A program made the position numbers and the translations under genes. The notes under the pieces are model-generated. The model saw only the letters and a program-made list of their open reading frames with translations. It was not told where the DNA came from and ran no database searches. A stretch of 64,000 nucleotides of DNA from Clostridia bacterium (GTDB lineage Bacteria; Bacillota; Clostridia; Oscillospirales; CAG-272), in assembly GCA_017621475.1 (NCBI GenBank), contig JAGATA010000003.1:76072-140071 (forward strand). The letters run 5' to 3'. Shown here in pieces: positions 55,484 to 62,954 of the stretch. The first letter of the stretch is position 1. Each line of letters starts with the position of its first letter.

Positions 55484-56389
55484 ATGAGAAAGACATCCGA
55501 TATAAGAATCCGCGATCCTTTTATCGTCACGGAAAAGGGAATATATTATCTTTACGGAACAAGTGACATTTTGGAAACGGAAAGAAGCATTTATGCTTTC
55601 AAAAGTACCGATATGGAAAACTGGAGCGAGCCTTCCGCTATTTTTACTATACCCGAAGATTCTTGGGCGGCAGGCGAGCTTTGGGCGCCCGAGGTACACA
55701 GATATAACGGGAAATTCTATTTGTTTGTGTCAATACTTGGCAAAAACGGACTTCGCGGTGTACAGATTGCGGTAAGTGAAACGCCCGACGGAACTTTTGA
55801 ATGTATTGCAAACCATCCCGCAACGCCGTCTTATCAAAGCTGTATAGACGGCACGCTCTACGTGGAGGATGGTACACCTTATATCGTTTATTCCCACGAT
55901 TGGCCCGATAATTACGTTGAAGAAGCGGGCGCGTTCGTGGGGCAGATCGCCGCAGTTGAGTTGACCTCCGACCTTTGCGAGATGGTGGGTGAGCCTTTTC
56001 TTCTCTTTAACTCAAATGAAGCGCCGCTTTCCGCGGGCAGACCGACAAGACACACGCGAGGCGGTGTGAGGATGTACAGATACGGCTCCGACGCGCCTTT
56101 TGTTATAAAGAATGACGATGGAAGCTTGACGCTTTTGTGGTCGCCTATACCCGAGGGAACTTATATCGTGGCTTCCGCAGTTTGCAAAAGCGGAAAAATA
56201 AAAGGTGAATGGGTGCATCATACGGAAGCTGTTTTCGGGAATAACGGCGGTCACGCAATGATATTCAACGATTTTGACGGCAAAAAGAAAATGTGCTTGC
56301 ATTATCCCGAAAAGCCTCCTATGGAGCGTGCGCTCGTGCTTGACGTGGAGATAGAAAAGGGAATTGTGAAGGTAAAGGAGCAAATATAA
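55484..56389 (+). CDS. Glycoside hydrolase family 43 (five-bladed propeller; arabinofuranosidase/xylosidase-like)
   Basis: IRIRDPFIV..YYLYGTS and ELWAPEVHRYNGKFYLF. Confidence 0.8.
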   Translation: MRKTSDIRIRDPFIVTEKGIYYLYGTSDILETERSIYAFKSTDMENWSEPSAIFTIPEDSWAAGELWAPEVHRYNGKFYLFVSILGKNGLRGVQIAVSETPDGTFECIANHPATPSYQSCIDGTLYVEDGTPYIVYSHDWPDNYVEEAGAFVGQIAAVELTSDLCEMVGEPFLLFNSNEAPLSAGRPTRHTRGGVRMYRYGSDAPFVIKNDDGSLTLLWSPIPEGTYIVASAVCKSGKIKGEWVHHTEAVFGNNGGHAMIFNDFDGKKKMCLHYPEKPPMERALVLDVEIEKGIVKVKEQI

Positions 56390-56550
56390 TGTACGAATAT
56401 AAAGTAGAAGTATATCGAGTTAAAGAAGCGGAAAAAGAAATGAACGAGCTTGCAAAATGCGGTTGGAGAGTGGTTTCCGTTACTTCAAATGAATGTCTTT
56501 CTTGGATGACAAAGGATACTATTGTTGTTACGTTTGAGCGCAACAAGTAA
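56389..56550 (+). CDS. 53-aa DUF4177-like protein (below the ORF-track cutoff)
   Basis: Translated by hand as MYEYKVEVYRVKEAEKEMNELAKCGWRVVSVTSNECLSWMTKDTIVVTFERNK. TAATG overlap with the GH43 stop, and aaggag 8 nt upstream. Confidence 0.55.
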   Translation: MYEYKVEVYRVKEAEKEMNELAKCGWRVVSVTSNECLSWMTKDTIVVTFERNK

Positions 56551-56626
56551 ATTCCAATAAGAAAATAAAAAAGCAAAACAGGTATAATCTCAAATATACC
56601 TGTCCTTAACATATGATATTTAGACT

Positions 56627-56654
56627 AAAAGCGACCGAAAAATCGGTCGCTTTT
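56627..56654. terminator. Bidirectional terminator
   Basis: aaaagcgaccga / tcggtcgctttt stem with aaaa loop. Confidence 0.7.
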
Positions 56655-56657
56655 GTA

Positions 56658-58382
56658 TTATTTTTCTATTTCAGCGGTCTTATTCATAGCAGCGCGGAAT
56701 TTTGCCATTGTTTCTTCATCGAATTTGGGAGTTCTGTCGTAATAGTAAAGACCGTTGCATTCCTGCTCAACGTCATAAAGCTGTGTATAGCAAAGACCCA
56801 TAATATAAGGATTTGTAATGAGTATATCCGCAAGCTTGCAGTATCTTCTTACGAATTCTTCCTGCGTTTCGGGAGCATCGCCATAGCCCCATCCGTCCTT
56901 TTCGTTTTTCGCCCATTTTATACCGCCGTATTCGCTGACATAGATGGGTTCGCCGTGGTATGGCTGAGTGCCTTTGTTGTTTCTTTCAACTTGGTCATTT
57001 ACAACGCCTTCCGCGATGTGAGCGTAGTTATCCTCAAAGCCTTCCGTGCTCTGCATATAATCGTGTACGTCGTATATTTCCATTCCGTCTATATGGTAGT
57101 TACCGCTTGTGGCTATGCAGGGGCGCGTATTATCGTAAAGCTTTGTTATTCTGTATACGCTTTCGATGGGACGAACGTCAAGGTTATTTTCGTGGTATCC
57201 CCACGTTTCGTTAAAGGGGCACCAGCCTATTATGGCGGGGCTGTTGAAGTCGCGCTCGATTATCTCTGTCCATTCGCAGATAAAGTTTCCTTGTGCAACG
57301 GCGTCATTGTAATCCATACCCCAGTTTGCGTGCTCACCCCAAACGATATAACCTTCTTTATCGCAATGGTAGATAAAACGCTTTTCGAAAACTTTTTGGT
57401 GAAGTCGTGCTCCGTGGAAGCCTGCCGCTTTGGAAAGGAGAATATCCTTTTTGAGGTCTTCATCGCTCTTGGCTGTATATATTCCGTCGGGGTAGAAGCC
57501 CTGGTCAAGAACCGTGCGAAGGAAAACTGTTTTTCCGTTGAGCTTGAATTTAAGACTGTCGAGTGCAACCTCTCTCATACCGAAATAGCTTTTTACGCTG
57601 TCTTCACCGAAAGAAAGCTCGAGGTCATAGAGCCTGCCGCAGCCTATTTCCCAGAGATGAAGCTCGGAAAGTGCTACCGTTGCAGTGAAAGAGCCGCCCG
57701 TTACGTTTACGGTTGCCGCACCCATAGGCTTGCCTTCGTAGGATGCCGAAAGGGTGAGAGCGCCGCTTCCGACCGTTTCACCGATAACTGTGAGAGTGCC
57801 GCTTGTTATATTGGGATAATATTTGCAGTTTTTGATGTAAGACTTGGGTACGAATTCAAGCCATACCGTCTGCCAAATACCGGTTGTTCTTGTGTAAGAG
57901 CAACCATAGGAAGCATAGCGATCGCTCTGCTTACCGGAGGGTTGAGCTTTGCTTCTCGTATCGTCCTCTGCAATAACGAATATTTCGTTTTCGCCCTCTT
58001 TTACGAATTTTGATATATCGATCTTAAAAGAGCTGTAGCCGCCGATATGCTTGCCGGCAAGGTTACCGTTTACATAGATAAAGCTGTGAAAATCCACCGC
58101 GCCGAAATGAAGAAAAACATTTTGGCTTACTTCATCTGCCGTAAGCGTTACGATCTTTCTGTAGCAAACGGAAGAGATAAAATCAGTATATCCTATTCCG
58201 GAAAGTACACTTTCGGGGCAAAAGGGAACTGTTATCTTCTTGGAGAGAGAGCCTTTTTTATAAAGCTTTTTTTCTCTTGCGCTTGCGCCAAAGTCAAAGT
58301 CAAATTCCCACTCGCCGTTAAGGTTTCGCCAATTTTTTCTTTCCCATTGCGGGTTGGGATGTTCGGGTCTTGGAATATTCAT
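56658..58382 (-). CDS. Glycoside hydrolase family 2 (beta-galactosidase/beta-glucuronidase-like)
   Basis: RPEHPNPQWERKNWRNLNGEWEFDFD N-terminus and the NSPAIIGWCPFNETWG acid/base region. Confidence 0.8.
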   Translation of the reverse strand: MNIPRPEHPNPQWERKNWRNLNGEWEFDFDFGASAREKKLYKKGSLSKKITVPFCPESVLSGIGYTDFISSVCYRKIVTLTADEVSQNVFLHFGAVDFHSFIYVNGNLAGKHIGGYSSFKIDISKFVKEGENEIFVIAEDDTRSKAQPSGKQSDRYASYGCSYTRTTGIWQTVWLEFVPKSYIKNCKYYPNITSGTLTVIGETVGSGALTLSASYEGKPMGAATVNVTGGSFTATVALSELHLWEIGCGRLYDLELSFGEDSVKSYFGMREVALDSLKFKLNGKTVFLRTVLDQGFYPDGIYTAKSDEDLKKDILLSKAAGFHGARLHQKVFEKRFIYHCDKEGYIVWGEHANWGMDYNDAVAQGNFICEWTEIIERDFNSPAIIGWCPFNETWGYHENNLDVRPIESVYRITKLYDNTRPCIATSGNYHIDGMEIYDVHDYMQSTEGFEDNYAHIAEGVVNDQVERNNKGTQPYHGEPIYVSEYGGIKWAKNEKDGWGYGDAPETQEEFVRRYCKLADILITNPYIMGLCYTQLYDVEQECNGLYYYDRTPKFDEETMAKFRAAMNKTAEIEK

Positions 58383-58412
58383 ATGTAACTCCTTGATTTT
58401 TTTAACATATAA

Positions 58413-58437
58413 AATTGCGCAAAAAAGATGCGCAATT
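58413..58437 (-). terminator. Possible terminator of the response-regulator gene
   Basis: aattgcgca / tgcgcaatt stem with only a weak U-rich tail on the minus strand. Confidence 0.4.
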
Positions 58438-58494
58438 GTTTGCTCTAATTTTACTACGAAACGTGCTATATTTCAATAGAAAATTTATTTTTTA

Positions 58495-59154
58495 TCAAAC
58501 TATTTCAAGTATATAACCGATATTTCTTTTAGCCTTTATTTTGACTTTAGTGCTGATTGAATCAAGTTTTTTTCTCAAATATGATATATACACCCAAACT
58601 ATACCTATTTCGGTGGGTGTGTTTTCTCCCCAAACGCTAGAAAGAAGCTCTGATGTGGAGACATATGTACCTTTATTAAAAATTAAGAATTCCATCATCC
58701 GACATTCTATCCTCGGAAGCGTTAAGCTTATTTCTTTCCCTGCAAGAGTTGATGTATTGATGTTAAGCATTATATCCCCAAAGCAAAGAGAAGAGGGAAA
58801 AATATCTTTTTTGCTTGGGCAAAGTGTGCGCAGGTGAGCAAGGAATTCTCCAACGGCGAACGGCTTGCAAAGATATCTTGTGTTCGCTGTGCATTCTGTC
58901 CAATGTACAATTTCATCTGAAATCAACAGAATCGGGGTTTGAATACCGCTTTGACGGATCTTTGACAGTATTTCGCTTCCTCGTACCTTTGGAATATCAT
59001 CTTCGGCAATTATGCAATCGTAATTTTCCGCGAGAGCGAATGAAAGCGCCGCATCTCCATCGCACACGGTATCCACGGTATGTCCATGGTAGCGGAGTAT
59101 ATTGGAAACGTTCTGTGTTGTTTTCGATTCTCGTTCCGCATATAAAAATTTCAT
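58495..59154 (-). CDS. OmpR-family response regulator, orphan, atypical receiver
   Basis: Receiver domain plus winged-helix output (RIECRMMEFLI..VWVYISYLRKKL). By alignment to PhoB the acidic pair reads E-R and the phospho-acceptor position reads E (IIAEDDIP). Confidence 0.75.
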   Translation of the reverse strand: MKFLYAERESKTTQNVSNILRYHGHTVDTVCDGDAALSFALAENYDCIIAEDDIPKVRGSEILSKIRQSGIQTPILLISDEIVHWTECTANTRYLCKPFAVGEFLAHLRTLCPSKKDIFPSSLCFGDIMLNINTSTLAGKEISLTLPRIECRMMEFLIFNKGTYVSTSELLSSVWGENTPTEIGIVWVYISYLRKKLDSISTKVKIKAKRNIGYILEIV

Positions 59155-59350
59155 TTTTGTATCCTCCGATTGTGTTAGTATTAAAATTGTATTATACGAA
59201 ACTTAATTAAACCTTAAATAAAGAAAAAAATACGGAAATTTTTAAAATTATATACAAATTTACAGGATAAGGGCTAATGAGGGATTGATTTTTTGGTGAT
59301 TTTTGTTTATAATTATTTCGTACAAAACTATAACCCGAAAGGAAAATATT

Positions 59351-61249
59351 ATGAAAAAATTAGTTTCTCTCATTACGGCGCTTGCTGTTTGCGTTTCGCT
59401 TGCTTCGTGTGCCGGCGATGGCGGCACAACTGATGTGACAAAAGATACCTCAACAACTGTTACAACAAATGTTTCCACAACGGCAACATCCTCCACGCTC
59501 AGCGATGTTACAACAACATTGCAGACGACTGAAACATCTGATGTAAAACCTCAAGTACAGTATGGTGAAAATGAAGTGGTTACTCTTGAAGTTGGTAAGT
59601 ATGTAAAACTCAAATATAATCCCGCGTATTGTTCTATAACAACAAATGTTGAACCCAGCGTCGGCGGAAGAGAAAAAGTATCTCTCTTCATCATAATGAG
59701 AGACGGTTTTACTTTTGACGGTTGGTCACAAGATAAGGCTATCCCTAACGGAGGAAGTGTTGCTACCTCATCGAGAACATATAATATCTCCGCAAGCAAG
59801 GACGTAACTGTTTGGGCGAATTATAGTGCAAATATCATTTACGACCCCAACGGAGGTAAAGTAAAATCCGGAGGAGAAACGTATAATCAGGAATATTCCG
59901 TTGTATGGTTCAGATGCCCCAATACACTTACTGCCAAGGATTATTTTGTAAGAGACGGATATACTCTTGTTGAATATAATACAAAAGCGGACGGAACAGG
60001 AACGGCTGTAGGCTTGGGTTCAAGAACCGTTATTCCCGCAGAGGGCAAACTTACGCTCTATTGCATTTGGGAAAAACAGAATGATGCGGCTGATTTTGAA
60101 ACAAAAGTATCCGGAAAAGGCGTTGCTATCACAAAATATAAAGGCACTGCTTCAAACGTAGTTATCCCCGATACTATCGGCGGTAAAACGGTTGTAGCTA
60201 TAGCTTCCGGTGCTTTCAAAGGTTCTTCTGCGGAAAGAGTTGTTCTTACTCCCGGTATTACAACTATTGAAAACGGCGCATTTGAAAACTGCAAAAAGCT
60301 TGAAACACTTGTTATGTTCGACAGCCTTATGAGTGTTTCCTCCAAGAGCTTTTCCGGCACAACTATCAAGAACCTTCGCGTAAACGCGGCTCTTGATATG
60401 TATAAAGAGTGGACTGTCGGTATGATAAACGTTAAGTTAGACAGCTTCCTTTATGCAACATCTCAGCAGAAGGATATATTTGCTATCTACGGCGGTTCGG
60501 GCTCTTACTATGGCTTTGACTGCGAGGCAATAGATGAAGCTCTCGATGGAAAATACGAGGTTATAAATCTCGGCTGCAACGCACAGCTTACCGCAGCTAT
60601 AATGTTTGAATATATGAGCCACTTCCTTGGCGAAAACGATATCGTGCTTTGGGCGCCCGAATCCGGAAACTATATGTTCGGCGCACCTTATTTCCACGGC
60701 AGAACTTGGGAGTTCCTTGTGACTTACTACGATATATTCAGATACGTTGATATTTCCAATTATTCCGGCGTATTCGATTATTACGCTTCTTTTGCTTCCA
60801 GTCACGCGCAGAAGCAGCAGAGCTTTGAATCTTTCAGTGCTGACGTAAATAGCCACGGCGACCATATAAACACAAGAGCTCACGCAGATAAAACTTACCG
60901 CAGTTACTCCGGTTCCTACCAGTCCAGAGTGAAAGAAGTGTTGAACGGAAATTACTCTTATATCGAAGGCATTATCGAAAATATGAGCAAGAACGGCGTT
61001 AAGCTTTACTATACGTTTGCGGCTATGGACGAATCCGCTCCCGATTTCGATGATGACGTATTTGAAAACCTTGCAAAGGCTATGGAAGATACGTTCGGTA
61101 TGATCGCTATTTCCGATTATAAGAACTGCCTTGTGCCTCACGACTGTATGTACGATTCCGAATGGCATCTTACGCTTGAGGGCGCAAAGCTCAGAACTCA
61201 AAGCCTTATAAAAGATATTCTTGCACAGATTGCAAAAGAGGGAACATAA
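59351..61249 (+). CDS. Multidomain lipoprotein: Thr-rich linker, two Listeria/Bacteroides-type B-repeats, BspA-type LRRs, C-terminal SGNH/DltD-like domain
   Basis: Lipobox LASCAG. GFTFDGWS and GYTLVEYNTKADGTG B-repeat motifs. IPDTIGGKTVVAIASGAFKGS..ITTIENGAFENCKKLETL LRRs. The C-terminal ~260 aa is paralogous to the 62955 product. Confidence 0.7.
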   Translation: MKKLVSLITALAVCVSLASCAGDGGTTDVTKDTSTTVTTNVSTTATSSTLSDVTTTLQTTETSDVKPQVQYGENEVVTLEVGKYVKLKYNPAYCSITTNVEPSVGGREKVSLFIIMRDGFTFDGWSQDKAIPNGGSVATSSRTYNISASKDVTVWANYSANIIYDPNGGKVKSGGETYNQEYSVVWFRCPNTLTAKDYFVRDGYTLVEYNTKADGTGTAVGLGSRTVIPAEGKLTLYCIWEKQNDAADFETKVSGKGVAITKYKGTASNVVIPDTIGGKTVVAIASGAFKGSSAERVVLTPGITTIENGAFENCKKLETLVMFDSLMSVSSKSFSGTTIKNLRVNAALDMYKEWTVGMINVKLDSFLYATSQQKDIFAIYGGSGSYYGFDCEAIDEALDGKYEVINLGCNAQLTAAIMFEYMSHFLGENDIVLWAPESGNYMFGAPYFHGRTWEFLVTYYDIFRYVDISNYSGVFDYYASFASSHAQKQQSFESFSADVNSHGDHINTRAHADKTYRSYSGSYQSRVKEVLNGNYSYIEGIIENMSKNGVKLYYTFAAMDESAPDFDDDVFENLAKAMEDTFGMIAISDYKNCLVPHDCMYDSEWHLTLEGAKLRTQSLIKDILAQIAKEGT

Positions 61250-61251
61250 TC

Positions 61252-61500
61252 ATGTTTTCAGACGCTAACATTATTTTAACACTCATACTTTCTTTGATAT
61301 CCGCGGTGCTTTGCACCGCAGAATATCTGGCGGGGAAGTGCCGTGCGCTTTTTCTTGTGCTTGAAACGCTGTATATGACAGCGGCTTGCTTTGCGCTAAT
61401 ATATAAAGGCGGCGCACTTTGCGATGCTCTCCTCGTTATTACCGTAACTCTTGCGGTAAGGCTCTTCTTTGAAATAAAATTGGGGAGGAAAGATAAATGA
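61252..61500 (+). CDS. 82-aa three-TM membrane protein, translationally coupled to the MBOAT gene
   Basis: Starts 2 nt after the upstream stop, and its stop overlaps the MBOAT start (ATGA). Three hydrophobic helices. Confidence 0.55.
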   Translation: MFSDANIILTLILSLISAVLCTAEYLAGKCRALFLVLETLYMTAACFALIYKGGALCDALLVITVTLAVRLFFEIKLGRKDK

Positions 61501-62942
61501 CATTTAATTCAAGTGAATTTTTAATATTTTTCCCCATAACGCTCCTTCTTTATTTCCTCTTGCCGAAGAAGCTTTCACGCATAAGCCTTCTTATTATGAG
61601 TTGTATATTCTATCTCGCGTGGGACATTAAGCTTATAGGTCTTATATTCTTCACAACCTTCGTTTCGTACCTTTGCGCTATAATTATAGAGAAAAGCAAT
61701 AAGGTTGCGATAAAACGGCTTTGCATCGTGGTAACGCTCGTTTCCTGCCTTGGCGTTCTGTTTTTCTTCAAATATTATAACTTCCTTGCGGAAACTCTTG
61801 GTTGGGCTATAAAAGCAACATCCGGTGCTACATATGATTTCACTCTTGATCTTGTTCTTCCTGTCGGTATTTCGTTCTATACGTTCCAGACTCTTTCTTA
61901 CGCAATAGACGTTTACCGCGGAACGGAGAAGGCGGAACGCGACTTCCTTTTGTTCGCGCTTTACGTTACGTTCTTCCCTCAGCTTGTTGCAGGACCTATT
62001 GAACGTCCCGGAAACCTTCTTCCTCAGCTTCGTGAAAAGAACAAGCTTACAAGCGAAAACGCGCGTGCGGGTCTTTGTAAGATGGCTGTCGGCTTCTTCA
62101 AAAAGATCGTCGTTGCCGATCTTTTGGCAGAGTACGTTAATGTTGTCTTCAACGATGCGGCAAACTCCACAGGTCCCGGAATATTGATCGCTACGGTGTT
62201 CTTTGCGTTCCAGATATATTGCGATTTCTCCGGATATACGGATATTGCCATTGGCTGTGCAAGGGTTATGGGCATTAAGCTTATGAAAAACTTTAACCGT
62301 CCTTATACTGCGCTTACGATAAAAGATTTCTGGGCGAGATGGCATATAAGCCTTTCCACTTGGTTCCGCGATTATCTTTATTTCCCCTTGGGCGGCAGCC
62401 GTTGCTCCAAGCCTCGCCATATGTTTAACCTCTTTATGGTGTTCTTCGTAAGCGGTCTTTGGCACGGAGCAAACTGGACGTTCGTCATTTGGGGCTTGCT
62501 CCACGCGTTCTATCGCATCTTAGGTGAGCTCACTTATAAAAAGCGCGAAGCGCTTTGGGCAAAGATGCACGTTGATACAAACAAAACCTGGTTCCGCGCT
62601 CTTCGCAGATTTGTAACGTTTGTCCTTGTTTGTTTTGCTTGGATATTCTTCCGCGCAAACAGTCTTTCCGATATGGCTGTACTTCTTGCTAATCTTACCG
62701 TCGGTTGGGGTAATATTCCCGCAACGCTTACGTCTATGGGTATTGGTATAACCTCTGCTCTTGTAGCCGTACTTAGCATTGTCATTATGTCTCAGCTTGA
62801 CATGCTTACCGAAAGAAACGAAGCAGAAGGCGCTATTTGCACAAAGACAAGCACGGTGTGGCTTGTTTGGGCAGTTGCCATTGCTTGGATAATGCTTCTT
62901 TCTGTTGGCGGCGCGAGCTCGTTTATTTATTTTCAATTCTAA
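61497..62942 (+). CDS. MBOAT-family membrane-bound O-acyltransferase (AlgI/DltB-like)
   Basis: ggggagg RBS. FWARWHISLSTWFRDYLYFPLGGS with the catalytic-His region, and SGLWHGANW. Confidence 0.85.
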   Translation: MTFNSSEFLIFFPITLLLYFLLPKKLSRISLLIMSCIFYLAWDIKLIGLIFFTTFVSYLCAIIIEKSNKVAIKRLCIVVTLVSCLGVLFFFKYYNFLAETLGWAIKATSGATYDFTLDLVLPVGISFYTFQTLSYAIDVYRGTEKAERDFLLFALYVTFFPQLVAGPIERPGNLLPQLREKNKLTSENARAGLCKMAVGFFKKIVVADLLAEYVNVVFNDAANSTGPGILIATVFFAFQIYCDFSGYTDIAIGCARVMGIKLMKNFNRPYTALTIKDFWARWHISLSTWFRDYLYFPLGGSRCSKPRHMFNLFMVFFVSGLWHGANWTFVIWGLLHAFYRILGELTYKKREALWAKMHVDTNKTWFRALRRFVTFVLVCFAWIFFRANSLSDMAVLLANLTVGWGNIPATLTSMGIGITSALVAVLSIVIMSQLDMLTERNEAEGAICTKTSTVWLVWAVAIAWIMLLSVGGASSFIYFQF

Positions 62943-62954
62943 GGAGGTGCAGAG

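Noticed and set aside
56613-58013. 466-aa ORF on the plus strand
   Set aside because: It is the codon-aligned antisense shadow of the GH2 gene.
59410-59545. ACA/ACT-rich repetitive stretch
   Set aside because: It encodes the Thr/Ser-rich stalk of the lipoprotein. It is in frame and has no exact tandem unit.
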